DNA of 64,000 bases from contig JBBSDC010000003.1 in assembly GCA_038249705.1 (NCBI GenBank), positions 766 to 64,765 on the forward strand. Reading direction: 5' to 3'. Position 1 is the stretch's first letter. Every line of letters begins with the position of its first letter. Made by a program: the position numbers and the translations under genes. This DNA is from Bacteroidales bacterium (GTDB lineage: Bacteria; Bacteroidota; Bacteroidia; Bacteroidales; UBA4417). Positions 50,582 through 60,466 of the stretch are shown here, piece after piece. The notes beneath the pieces are model-generated. The model was not told the origin of the DNA. It ran no database searches and worked only from the letters and a program-made list of their open reading frames with translations.

Positions 50582-50736
50582 GGTTTTGAGTTTTATTTGT
50601 TTCCAATATATGATTTTCGGTGATTATTTACTTTCAATTCTTCCATACACGCACATGGGCATTTTTTAAATCTTATGTATTTTCAGTTTGAAAAAGAAGC
50701 GATAATCTGAGAAGAGATAAATTGCATCTCTACTTC

Positions 50737-51570
50737 TTAATTCACTATATCAAACCTTTCAGGCAAGCCTCGTTTCAATGATTTAGTGCTGGCGTTATAA
50801 TGATAATATTGCCGGTTTATTATTCCTGATGGCAGATGCTCGCGGATATAATCGTTCATAAAATAATCGAACAGTAATTCGGCATGTTTTGCACCCGACT
50901 GTTCAGCCATTTTATAAATATCACTTACTTCGAGCGAATCCCGGTCACCAATAAGTCCCACGCTGAATTCCATAAGATCCAGGTCCACACCAATATTAAA
51001 ATCATCCTGAATATATCCTTCGAGGTATAAAACCTGCTTATTGCCAGTGTTTGCACGACTAACTTCGAACCAGCTGCTGAGGTTTACCTGGTTTATCCTG
51101 TAACTCTCGTAATAAGGCTCTCCCTCTTCGAGTGAATACATTTCGTAATATTCAACGCGGTGATCCTCTTTTAATTCAAGCTGAGCAATCTGAACAATCC
51201 ATTTGGGGTCGGGTAGGGAAAGGAAAATATCTGAACTTGCATCCAGGTAAACATCAAATCCTATTTTGGTAAGCTCTCCGATAAGGCTATTTGTAAACCT
51301 GGTAAGATATACAGAATCAGAAATATAAGGAATATAAACCGCTTGTGCCCACGCGATAGAATCAAATTCATCCGGGCTGTACTGTACATTGGTATCGTAG
51401 CTGACCGTAAGGTTGTCCTTATAAATTTCATAGAGCGGAACAATCATTATTCCGCTGCCGGTATGATTTTTCACATATTTACGAGCCAGGTTGCGTTCGA
51501 CACTGCATCCTGCAAAAACCAGGATGAAACATATACCAATAAACCCGAAATTTCTGAGCATCCGCTGCAA
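50737..51570 (-). CDS. hypothetical lipoprotein
   Basis: It has a signal peptide with a lipobox (LVFAGC). I recognise no domain. Confidence 0.45.
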   Translation of the reverse strand: MQRMLRNFGFIGICFILVFAGCSVERNLARKYVKNHTGSGIMIVPLYEIYKDNLTVSYDTNVQYSPDEFDSIAWAQAVYIPYISDSVYLTRFTNSLIGELTKIGFDVYLDASSDIFLSLPDPKWIVQIAQLELKEDHRVEYYEMYSLEEGEPYYESYRINQVNLSSWFEVSRANTGNKQVLYLEGYIQDDFNIGVDLDLMEFSVGLIGDRDSLEVSDIYKMAEQSGAKHAELLFDYFMNDYIREHLPSGIINRQYYHYNASTKSLKRGLPERFDIVN

Positions 51571-51596
51571 TCTTAAGGTAACGTAATTACAACGTG

Positions 51597-52811
51597 TTAT
51601 TCAGCCGAAATATCCAGCAACATCTGTTCTGCAAAAGCTTTACCATACTCAATTCCTTTGCTTATACCTTCTTCGTGAGGGGTAAACTTGATATACAAAC
51701 CTTCGCCGAAATATTTCAATTTAAGGTTCGACATATTGGATTCGAGCATTTTAGCGGCCTCGCCACTCCAGCCGTAAGAGCCAAACGAAGAAGCAAGCTT
51801 TCCTTTGTCGCGCAACGGATTAATGACTGCAAAAAGCTGATAAACAGGCATAAGGATATTTTGATTTATGGTGGGAGAACCAATCATTATACCCGTGCAA
51901 TTCGACATATAATATTCCATTTGTTCGAGCGACATATTTTCGATATCGTGAACCTCCACATGTACCCCGGGAACCATGCTTACACCTTTAGCAATGGCTT
52001 CGGCCAGGGTAGATGTATTGTGATAGGCCGAAACATAAGGAATGAAAACCATTGGTTTTTCGCCAAGCGAAAGCGCTTCTTTTGCATATTTTTCGCTCAG
52101 ATCGACATATTTCTTCCAGTTGCTGCGGAGTATAGGGCCATGACCAGGACAAACAGCTTTTATCGGTAAAGGCCTGATTTTGTCGATAGCCCTGAGCATA
52201 AATTTGCTGAAAGGCTTTAGAATTACATCGAAATAATACTTGAACGCTTCGTCCCAGTTTCCGACTTTGTCGTCGAACATACGTGAATCACAATAGTGCG
52301 CACCGAAGGAATCGCAGGTAAAAAGCAATCCGTCTTCCTCGAGGAACGAATATATTGAATCAGGCCAGTGCAGGTTTGGAGCGCCTACTATTTTAAGCTT
52401 TTTATTTCCGAGGTCGAGTATATCCCCATCGCGAACCTGCTGATGTTTAAAATCGCGGCCCAACATGTCTTTCAGGTAGCGGATAGCGTTGCCGCTGCCA
52501 ATAACGGTAGCATTGGGAGCCACTTCGAGCAAACGGTGCAAACTGCCCGAATGATCGGGTTCGGTATGATTTACAACTATATAATCAAGTTCGGCGGGAT
52601 CAATCAGTTGTTTTAATTTTTCGATGAAAACCGGAAAATACTTGTCCTTAACCGTTTCGACAAGTACTTTTTTATCCGCGTTAATAAAATACGAGTTGTA
52701 TGTAGTGCCGTAAGGTGTATGCATTACTACATCAAATGTAACCAGTTCGCGGTCGAGCACTCCAACCCAATGAACGTCGTTGGTAATTTCAAGAATTTTA
52801 TCGTCAATCAT
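51597..52811 (-). CDS. FprA-type flavodiiron protein (metallo-beta-lactamase plus flavodoxin domains)
   Basis: It has the di-iron motif HTEPDHSG and a C-terminal flavodoxin-like domain (SAYHNTSTLAEAI). The length of 404 aa fits. Confidence 0.85.
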   Translation of the reverse strand: MIDDKILEITNDVHWVGVLDRELVTFDVVMHTPYGTTYNSYFINADKKVLVETVKDKYFPVFIEKLKQLIDPAELDYIVVNHTEPDHSGSLHRLLEVAPNATVIGSGNAIRYLKDMLGRDFKHQQVRDGDILDLGNKKLKIVGAPNLHWPDSIYSFLEEDGLLFTCDSFGAHYCDSRMFDDKVGNWDEAFKYYFDVILKPFSKFMLRAIDKIRPLPIKAVCPGHGPILRSNWKKYVDLSEKYAKEALSLGEKPMVFIPYVSAYHNTSTLAEAIAKGVSMVPGVHVEVHDIENMSLEQMEYYMSNCTGIMIGSPTINQNILMPVYQLFAVINPLRDKGKLASSFGSYGWSGEAAKMLESNMSNLKLKYFGEGLYIKFTPHEEGISKGIEYGKAFAEQMLLDISAE

Positions 52812-52838
52812 ATTTGCAATTTTTCTTTTATGGGTTTC

Positions 52839-55721
52839 CTAAAAAAGTGACATTTGAATTCCTGAACCTGCATCATCGTCATCCTCAGGGAAATCAGGCT
52901 GTTTAGGAGGCGGAAGTTTCGTTTCAGGTTTTTCGTCTTTCTTCACTTTCTCCGGTTTTTCTGTTTTTTGTACTTTCTCTTCCTTCTCTTCTTTTACTGT
53001 AATTTCCTCTTTTACAACTGGTTCTGCTATTTCTTCTGTTTCCTCCGAAGGTTCTGCTTCTTCGGATGTTTCTGATTCGTCGGATATTTCCAATTCATCG
53101 TCCTGGCTGAATTCCTCTTCTGGTTCAGCTTCCTCTTCTTCTTCAACAGGAATAGGATCGAGCCATGTAATAATACTAACAGGGTGATTGCTGAGTTTTC
53201 TGCCTTTCGCTTTCGAACCCATTACTTCAACGAATTCATCAAGGATAATTTCTTCAGGATCAACCGGTTTACGTGCATCTTTGTTGTCGTATTCCACTTT
53301 AATCTGTGGTCGTTTATCGGCAACAGCAATCACAAATTTATTTCCGTCCTCTTCGGGGAACATGCTAACTTTTTTATCCGAAAACTCCGGAATAAAGCGC
53401 TTGACGAAATATGCCTTTTTGGGTTCGCTGTAATAAATAACGGTGAGGGCTTTCGACGGATTGAATTTTTCGATCAGCACCATATCTTCTTCAAAATGGT
53501 TCGACAGATCGAAACTCATAAGCTTATAAAAGCCTGAGCGTGTGAGGGTAAGAATTTTATCATCTTCTTTAAAAGCTCCCAGGTGCAATCCGCGCTGATC
53601 GGTATTGAGCCGCATAACCGTATCGTCATACCACATATCGCGTGCACCCAGCGTTGAGAAACCGCGTTCGCCCTGCACTATTTTACGGACCGGATTCTTT
53701 GACAGCACATTGCCCTGCGAACTTCGTCCTTTAATGGCCAGTTCAGAAAAATCGAATTCGAAATTCAGTTTTTTGAGCCTTGGCTTTGGTTTCAGGCTGA
53801 CTTTAATAATTTCCGATTCTCCGTTTGGATTAGCAGTAAAATAAAGAATTTTCGATCCTGGAGCTCCTTTGGTAAGCACATAATCCTTATCGCGCACCAC
53901 ACCTGCAACGGCAAAGCGTTTAACATACACGGCACCCATTCGTCCATCCTGATAGGCAACATGATACACGGTGCGGTTGTCGTTTTTCTTGAAAACATCG
54001 ATATGGATCACGTTTTTGCCAACAAATGCTTTCTCAACAACACGTGTAACAGCAAATGTTCCATCCTCGCGGAAAACTATAATATCATCGATATCAGAAC
54101 AATCGCACACAAATTCGTCCTTTTTAAGAGAGAAACCGGCAAATCCTTCGATACGGTTTACATAAAGTTTTTGGGTAGCAGCAGCAACAGCGGCAGCTTC
54201 AATACTTTCAAAATTGCGGAGCTCCGTTTTACGCTCCCGGCCCTTAGCATATTTTTTTCTTATGGTTTCATAAAAGGCAATTACATAATCTGTCAGATTT
54301 TCGAGATTATGCTTTACCTGCAACAGTTCTTCATTCAGGTTGCGGGTATGTTCGTCAGCCTTAAAAGCATTGAATTTCGAGATGCGCTTGATGCGGATTT
54401 CAGTCAGACGGAGAATATCTTCTTCGGTAATAATGCGGTAAAACTCAGGTTTATAAGGCTCAAGACCATTATCAATAGCCTCAATTACAGCTTCCCAAGT
54501 TTTACATTCTTCGATATCGCGATAAATCCGGTTTTCGATAAATATACGTTCGAGCGAAGCAAAAAGCAGGGATTCCATCAGTTCGTTCTGTCGGATCATC
54601 AATTCCATTTTGATCATCTCGATGGACCGCTGAACTGATATATGAAGAATTTCCTTTACCCCAACAAAATAGGGTCTGCCTTTATGAATTACACATGAAT
54701 TGGGCGACTCCGACCGCTCGCAGTCCGTAAAAGCATATAATGCGTCAATGGTTTGATCGGGCGAAACTCCGGGTTGCAGATGTATCAGTATTTCAACATC
54801 CTGGGCGGTATTGTCATCGATTTTACGAATCTTGATTTTCCCTTTTTCGTTAGCTGCGATAATGGTATCAATCAAATCGCCGGTTGTAGTTCCCCAGGGA
54901 ATTTCGGTAATTACCAGCGTTTTTTTATCAACCTGGCTGATGCGGGCGCGGATACGGATTTTGCCGCCACGGAGTCCGTCATTATATCGGGTTACATCAA
55001 CAAGTCCTCCGGTTGGGAAATCAGGCACCAGCACAAAATCCCTTCCATTGAGCACAGCTATTGAAGCATCAATAAGTTCCACGAAATTATGTGGCAACAG
55101 TTTTGAAGCAAGACCTACCGCAATTCCTTCCACTCCCATTGCCAGCAGAACTGGAAATTTCATCGGGAGATTGACAGGTTCTTTATTACGACCGTCGTAC
55201 GAAAGTTTCCACTTGGTAGTTTTGGGATTAAATGCAACGTCGAGGGCAAATTTCGATAGCCGTGCTTCGATGTAACGTGGCGCGGCTGAACTGTCGCCGG
55301 TAAGAATATTTCCCCAGTTTCCTTGGGTATCAATTAACAGATCCTTCTGCCCCATCTGCACCATAGCATCGCCAATGGAAGCATCTCCATGCGGATGGTA
55401 CTTCATTGTATTGCCTATTACATTGGCAACTTTGTTGTAACGGCCATCCTCCAACTCCCACATACTGTGCATAATACGGCGCTGAACAGGTTTTAGCCCG
55501 TCGAGAACTTCGGGAACCGCACGCTCAAGAATTACGTAGGAAGCATAATCGAGAAACCAGTTCTGGTACATACCAGGCAGGTATGTGGTTTGATGCAAAT
55601 TGCCATTGCCTCCTGAATCAGAATCTCCGGGCACAATTATACCGGAATCATCAGCAGAAATATCGCCTGCTACGATCTCTTCTTCAAAAGTTCCTTCTGC
55701 CAATTTGTCGTTCTCGTCCAT
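52839..55721 (-). CDS. parC: DNA topoisomerase IV subunit A (GyrA/ParC family) with an acidic/Lys-rich C-terminal extension
   Basis: DGLKPVQRRI, HPHGD and the catalytic AAPRYIEARL are present, with a beta-pinwheel CTD. The last ~110 aa are low-complexity E/D/K-rich sequence. Confidence 0.8.
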   Translation of the reverse strand: MDENDKLAEGTFEEEIVAGDISADDSGIIVPGDSDSGGNGNLHQTTYLPGMYQNWFLDYASYVILERAVPEVLDGLKPVQRRIMHSMWELEDGRYNKVANVIGNTMKYHPHGDASIGDAMVQMGQKDLLIDTQGNWGNILTGDSSAAPRYIEARLSKFALDVAFNPKTTKWKLSYDGRNKEPVNLPMKFPVLLAMGVEGIAVGLASKLLPHNFVELIDASIAVLNGRDFVLVPDFPTGGLVDVTRYNDGLRGGKIRIRARISQVDKKTLVITEIPWGTTTGDLIDTIIAANEKGKIKIRKIDDNTAQDVEILIHLQPGVSPDQTIDALYAFTDCERSESPNSCVIHKGRPYFVGVKEILHISVQRSIEMIKMELMIRQNELMESLLFASLERIFIENRIYRDIEECKTWEAVIEAIDNGLEPYKPEFYRIITEEDILRLTEIRIKRISKFNAFKADEHTRNLNEELLQVKHNLENLTDYVIAFYETIRKKYAKGRERKTELRNFESIEAAAVAAATQKLYVNRIEGFAGFSLKKDEFVCDCSDIDDIIVFREDGTFAVTRVVEKAFVGKNVIHIDVFKKNDNRTVYHVAYQDGRMGAVYVKRFAVAGVVRDKDYVLTKGAPGSKILYFTANPNGESEIIKVSLKPKPRLKKLNFEFDFSELAIKGRSSQGNVLSKNPVRKIVQGERGFSTLGARDMWYDDTVMRLNTDQRGLHLGAFKEDDKILTLTRSGFYKLMSFDLSNHFEEDMVLIEKFNPSKALTVIYYSEPKKAYFVKRFIPEFSDKKVSMFPEEDGNKFVIAVADKRPQIKVEYDNKDARKPVDPEEIILDEFVEVMGSKAKGRKLSNHPVSIITWLDPIPVEEEEEAEPEEEFSQDDELEISDESETSEEAEPSEETEEIAEPVVKEEITVKEEKEEKVQKTEKPEKVKKDEKPETKLPPPKQPDFPEDDDDAGSGIQMSLF

Positions 55722-55770
55722 TTAATGTTTAAATTTTATGCTGAAATGCTTGTATGCTGATAATTCCGTG

Positions 55771-55778
55771 CAAATTTA
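55771..55778 (-). promoter_or_regulatory. candidate -7 promoter box (TAAATTTG)
   Basis: Exact TAnnTTTG, 50 nt upstream of the parC ATG. Confidence 0.4.
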
Positions 55779-55810
55779 CTCTTAGAAAGTAATTTATAAA
55801 ATCAAACGGA

Positions 55811-57877
55811 TCATTTTTTAAATAATCTTATCAACAACACTTCTGCTAACAGCATTAGCAGTGCAAACCATATAAAATAACGCCAGAGTTGAGTTCCGCT
55901 GCTGATTTGTGCTATCACTTCGTTAAGTGGTTTCTGTCCGGTTTTCATCACTGTAAAAGTTTCGAGACGGGCTTTGCCAAGCATAGTTTCAAGTTCGCCT
56001 GAATTGTTGCAAGCCAGATCACTTTCACCACGGTTGTAATTGAAAGCCAGCGAAGTAATTATTTTTTTATCATTCTCCAACGAAAAATTTCCAGCTTCAG
56101 GAATCTGATTTCCAACAAATATATTTACCATATTACCTGCATTTCCAATCTGTGGTATCATTTCGAAATCATTGCCTAATGCTTTGATTTTAAAAACTTT
56201 ATCATCAGAAGGCGCCGCGGAACCAACACGTATCATTTTATTATCACCGATGAAGTTGTACAAACTATGCGCCGGATGACTGATAAGCGCAATATTATAT
56301 AATACCGGAACAAACAATGCTTGTTGCGGGAAATTACTAAAAGCCGGGTCTAAAGGCGCTGTGAATTGCAGCACCTGTCCTAAACCGCTATTGGTGAGCG
56401 TAAGAAATTCGCGTCCGTTAAGCATTCCCATCAGAGGTACGGTAAGCATTGAGGAAGAAAATACAATCGGGAAATGTTTGTTTACAGCCGGAAGATCAGT
56501 ATTAACAGCAATTACCTGTCTGCCTTGCTGCTTTTCGAATACATCGCGGAACAGATAACTTTCCTCACTAAGCCTTATAACACTCGTATTTACAGTATCC
56601 AAAGCCTGGTAGGAAGGTGCTTTGAGTGAAGCCAAAAAACTATTATACGAAACCATGTCGGGATTTGCAAAAGGGAGTATAAGTATGCTTCCACCATTGA
56701 TGGTGTAACGCTTTATTTCTTCAGCCAGTCCGCTAGAAATTGAAGGTAATTCATTGATAATGATCAGATCGAACTGCGAAAGACTACCATAATCGATGGC
56801 TTTTTCACTCATATTCACCAACTGAACGGTTGAATCCTGTGCATATAATGCATTTAAAAAACGATTTTCAGCGAATCCATTTATCGCAAGCACTTTGATT
56901 GCTGAAAGAACATCAAATGCAAAATAGAATTTATCATCATATGTCACAGGATAATCGGTAACCTGTAAAACACCATGTTGAGGACCAGCCTGATGAATGG
57001 TAAATGGCATTTCGACTGTGGTTGACATTCCGGCCTTAATATCGATGCTTGCCACCGATTTCGACTGTTCGTTAATTAGGAGTTTTAGTGGGATTTTCTC
57101 CAGATCATTCTCCGATTTATTCCAGACACGGGCACTCAATAACGAAGTTTTACCCGGTTGTTGCGTTGGCTGGGAAAACCAGCAGGAATCAATATACACA
57201 TTGGCAACAGCTGATGATGTGAGTGGAACAAAATATGTACTCACTGACGAATCCTGCTGAAAATCAACTGTACTATATTGAGATTTCTGAAAATCAGAAA
57301 CCAGGTACGAAGTTCGCCGTGCAGTGGTTTCGCTGCTTAGCAGATCGTACTGCCTACGAACTATTTCGGAAAGCGAACGTACTGATGGCGAAATTTTTGT
57401 TTCTTCGAGCATGGTTAAAAACTCGTCGCGGGTAACAAAACGCTGGTGACGTCCTTCGAAATCGCATGTTAGCAGTTGAAACAAATCCGTTGATTTGTAA
57501 GCAGATACAATTTCACGGGCTTTTTGTTTCGATTCATCAAGGAGAGAACCATTGGTACCAACGGCTTCCATACTGAACGAATTATCAACAAAAATGCTTA
57601 CTGCATTTCGGGCTGCAATTTTCGATTGTTTATCCGAAAACGGAATGTAAGGTTGCGCAAAAGCCAGCACCAGCGCAGCAATGGCTAAAATGCGTATAGC
57701 AAGGATAAGCAGATGTCGGAGCTGCGACTGTTTCTGCGTTTGCTGTTTAAGCTCCTGCAGGAAACGCACATTGGTAAAGTAAACCTTACGAAACCGCCTG
57801 AAATTGAACAGGTGGATTATTACAGGAATAGCAATAGCCAGTAAACCGAAAAGATATAAGGGATTAACAAATTGCAT
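55811..57877 (-). CDS. BatA-domain (N-terminal double-TM aerotolerance-type) membrane protein
   Basis: MQFVNPLYLFGLLAIAIPVIIHLFNFRRFRKVYFTNVRFL is the TIGR02226-type N-terminus, and there is a C-terminal TM helix. The start is placed at the internal ATG, supported by the promoter box 38 nt upstream. Confidence 0.7.
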   Translation of the reverse strand: MQFVNPLYLFGLLAIAIPVIIHLFNFRRFRKVYFTNVRFLQELKQQTQKQSQLRHLLILAIRILAIAALVLAFAQPYIPFSDKQSKIAARNAVSIFVDNSFSMEAVGTNGSLLDESKQKAREIVSAYKSTDLFQLLTCDFEGRHQRFVTRDEFLTMLEETKISPSVRSLSEIVRRQYDLLSSETTARRTSYLVSDFQKSQYSTVDFQQDSSVSTYFVPLTSSAVANVYIDSCWFSQPTQQPGKTSLLSARVWNKSENDLEKIPLKLLINEQSKSVASIDIKAGMSTTVEMPFTIHQAGPQHGVLQVTDYPVTYDDKFYFAFDVLSAIKVLAINGFAENRFLNALYAQDSTVQLVNMSEKAIDYGSLSQFDLIIINELPSISSGLAEEIKRYTINGGSILILPFANPDMVSYNSFLASLKAPSYQALDTVNTSVIRLSEESYLFRDVFEKQQGRQVIAVNTDLPAVNKHFPIVFSSSMLTVPLMGMLNGREFLTLTNSGLGQVLQFTAPLDPAFSNFPQQALFVPVLYNIALISHPAHSLYNFIGDNKMIRVGSAAPSDDKVFKIKALGNDFEMIPQIGNAGNMVNIFVGNQIPEAGNFSLENDKKIITSLAFNYNRGESDLACNNSGELETMLGKARLETFTVMKTGQKPLNEVIAQISSGTQLWRYFIWFALLMLLAEVLLIRLFKK

Positions 57878-57914
57878 GGTGAAGTAATACGCGCTTTTTT
57901 GCAGAAATATTGTG

Positions 57915-57922
57915 CAAAAGTA
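57915..57922 (-). promoter_or_regulatory. candidate -7 promoter box (TACTTTTG)
   Basis: Exact TAnnTTTG within TTACTTTTGCAC, 38 nt upstream of the ATG at 57877. Confidence 0.45.
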
Positions 57923-58053
57923 AGGAATTTGAGGGAGATAAAGAGCGGAAGATATAGATTGAAATCGAATGAAATAACTTAACGCCAAAGTTTTGCCACG
58001 AAGAAATAACGAACGGCTGTGATCAATATAAGATATGTGTATATTTTTGGGAT

Positions 58054-58794
58054 TTATTTCCCGGCAGGAATCTGAACCGAACTTTTTTCGGTACTCAGTG
58101 TATCTGCAATTTTATACAGATTTATTGTAAATTTTTGATCTTTTACAGCTTCATTAATTCTTGCTTCCAAAAGGCTGTCAATATAGTTTTCTTTAATATT
58201 AATATGCTCAACCTTTTGCTTATTGTTAAGAGTATTAAACAGATATAATCCTCCCATAACCATTGAAATGACAAGAGCGGCAAGTGCAGCAAACCGGGTT
58301 AGCCTGTCGGGTTTAAATCGTTTTGATTTTGATTGGGAATTTACTGAATCCGATAAAGTAATAACCTCGTTATCATTGGATTGAACTGTAACACTAACTG
58401 GAATATGGCGTTCGAGCAGTTCTTCAAAATAATCAGCAATTGTATCTTTAATCAACGAATCAATCGACTGCCGCAGCGAAGCGTAATTTATAAAACCACT
58501 AACAACCAGCAAAGTAAAATTAATGCGGAGCGAACCTTCTTTTTCCTTATAATTTAAAAAATAAACCCGGGTATTTTCACGTACGATTACGCTCCTTTCA
58601 ATATTGGATTGAATAAAATCGCGTACAGGGTTTTCGATCCCTTTGCTGCCGGGGCGGGCATTGTTTCGAAACACAGTAAGCTCATCTTTAAGTAAATCAA
58701 GCAACTCCATAAACGAAGAATCCTTATCCTTTATACGGATAGAGAATTCGATTTCGCGAATAGTAACAGAAGTATTGTTATTGGCCCGGACCAT
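58054..58794 (-). CDS. hypothetical single-pass membrane protein
   Basis: An ORF with one TM helix (FAALAALVISMVMGGLYLF). I recognise no motif. A TACTTTTG box lies at 58891..58898 upstream. Confidence 0.45.
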   Translation of the reverse strand: MVRANNNTSVTIREIEFSIRIKDKDSSFMELLDLLKDELTVFRNNARPGSKGIENPVRDFIQSNIERSVIVRENTRVYFLNYKEKEGSLRINFTLLVVSGFINYASLRQSIDSLIKDTIADYFEELLERHIPVSVTVQSNDNEVITLSDSVNSQSKSKRFKPDRLTRFAALAALVISMVMGGLYLFNTLNNKQKVEHINIKENYIDSLLEARINEAVKDQKFTINLYKIADTLSTEKSSVQIPAGK

Positions 58795-59049
58795 GAGTTG
58801 CAATTGAAGATTCAGATATGTTACAGAGATTAATTAACAAAAGGGCAAAAGGTAATATTCAACTTTAGTAGTTGTGTTGTAATATTCGGACAAAAGTACA
58901 TTTCATCAATCCATTATTAAAGATATTTATAAATTTTACTGGTTCGGGAATAATAGGTTAAATTGATTTTTAAGAAATTAAAGATAATCTGCGACCCCTG
59001 GTTTAAACGATACATTTCATTTATCTCCCGATAACTCATATTCACTCCG

Positions 59050-59057
59050 TATCTTTG
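59050..59057 (+). promoter_or_regulatory. candidate -7 promoter box (TATCTTTG)
   Basis: Exact TAnnTTTG, 20 nt upstream of the DEAD-box helicase ATG. Confidence 0.4.
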
Positions 59058-59076
59058 CAGCCCTTAAGCGCTAATT

Positions 59077-60312
59077 ATGAAATTTGAACAATACACTCTC
59101 GCCCCCGAATTAAAAAGAAGCATCGAAGAATCTGGCTTCCGCCGACCCACCGATATTCAATACAAGAGTATAGGACCGATATTGCATGGCGATGATGTGC
59201 TTGCCATTGCTCAAACCGGCACCGGTAAAACTGCAGCCTTTGCTATACCTGTAATAAATATGCTTCACGAGCAAAAAACTTCGAGTCGCAGCCATGGTAT
59301 CCGCTGTATTGTTATGGCTCCAACCAGGGAACTTGCGTTGCAGATTACTGAAGTTTTTCAGGCAATAGGGCAACATACCCGTGTAAAAACTTACTGCCTG
59401 ATGGGCGGCGTGGAACAGGATCCGCAAATCGCAAAACTTGAACAAGGTGTTGATATTGTAGTTGCTACTCCAGGTCGTATGTTCGATTTGGTAAGCCAGG
59501 GACATCTCGATCTGAGCCGCATCGAAATCCTGATTCTTGATGAAGCCGACCATATGCTTGACCTAGGATTTATTAATGATATACAGCAACTTGTAAGGAA
59601 ACTGCCGCGAAACAGGCAGACACTGTTTTTCTCAGCTACCATCAATCCTTATATCAAGAAAATAGCTTATTCGCTGGTAACAAACCCGATCAGGATTCAG
59701 ATTTCGCCCAAAGATCCGGTAGCACGTAATATTGAACATTCGGTTGCTTTTATCGAAATGGACGATAAACGATTTTTTCTCGAACGGCTTGTGAATGAGA
59801 ACCCTGAGAGTAAAATCCTGGTTTTTGTACGTACAAAAGTGCGGGCCGAACGGGTTAACCTTGCTATGGACAGGCTGAATATAAAATGTGAAACCATTCA
59901 CGGCGACAAGGAGCAGGTTGACAGGCTAATGGTTATGAAACGATTTAAAAACGGTGAATTTAAAATACTCATAGCCACTGATGTAAGTGCCCGGGGAATT
60001 GATATTCCAAGTGTTGATTTTGTAGTGAATTACGATTTGCCGGAAAAACCTGAAAATTATGTCCACCGCGTTGGTCGCACCGGGCGTGCTGATAAAAAAG
60101 GAATCGCCGTTTCGTTTTGCAGTAAGGAAGAAAAACCTATGCTCGAAGAAATTGAAGAATATATCGGCAAACCGGTGGAAGTAATGGAAATTAACAAAAC
60201 CGAATACAACCAGACCCTTGCTTTTACTGCTGAAACCAAATCGGATTGGAAGACTTTACTGCGCGACGCTGAAGCGGAAGAGTTGACAAGGAAGAAGAGG
60301 AAGAAACGGTAG
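59077..60312 (+). CDS. DEAD-box ATP-dependent RNA helicase (RhlE-like)
   Basis: The Q motif, AQTGTGKT, PTRELA, DEAD (LDEADHML), SAT and HRVGRTGR are all present. Confidence 0.9.
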   Translation: MKFEQYTLAPELKRSIEESGFRRPTDIQYKSIGPILHGDDVLAIAQTGTGKTAAFAIPVINMLHEQKTSSRSHGIRCIVMAPTRELALQITEVFQAIGQHTRVKTYCLMGGVEQDPQIAKLEQGVDIVVATPGRMFDLVSQGHLDLSRIEILILDEADHMLDLGFINDIQQLVRKLPRNRQTLFFSATINPYIKKIAYSLVTNPIRIQISPKDPVARNIEHSVAFIEMDDKRFFLERLVNENPESKILVFVRTKVRAERVNLAMDRLNIKCETIHGDKEQVDRLMVMKRFKNGEFKILIATDVSARGIDIPSVDFVVNYDLPEKPENYVHRVGRTGRADKKGIAVSFCSKEEKPMLEEIEEYIGKPVEVMEINKTEYNQTLAFTAETKSDWKTLLRDAEAEELTRKKRKKR

Positions 60313-60340
60313 TTTTTGAGAAGGGAGATTGAACGAGGGG

Positions 60341-60408
60341 AAACACGGCGAGGGGAAACAATGCGAGGAAAGACAAGGCGACAAGGAGAGGGGAGAAAGG
60401 GCGAGGGG
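60341..60408. repeat. purine-rich imperfect ~15-bp tandem repeat (GCGAGGGGAAACA-like units, about 4.5 copies)
   Basis: Read directly: acgaggggaaacacg / gcgaggggaaacaat / gcgaggaaagacaag / gcgacaaggagaggg / gagaaagggcgagggg. Confidence 0.75.
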
Positions 60409-60466
60409 CTTGATTTTATGCTTCTAAACCAGCGAAAATCTGTATCGCAGAAATCAGAAAACAGCT

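Noticed and set aside
51594-52169. 191-aa plus-strand ORF. Similar long antisense ORFs occur at 53961..54638, 29257..29835, 2738..3220 and 13155..13589.
   Set aside because: Each lies fully antisense to a strongly supported gene with clear family motifs, is low-complexity or odd in composition, and has no recognisable motif. These are shadow ORFs.
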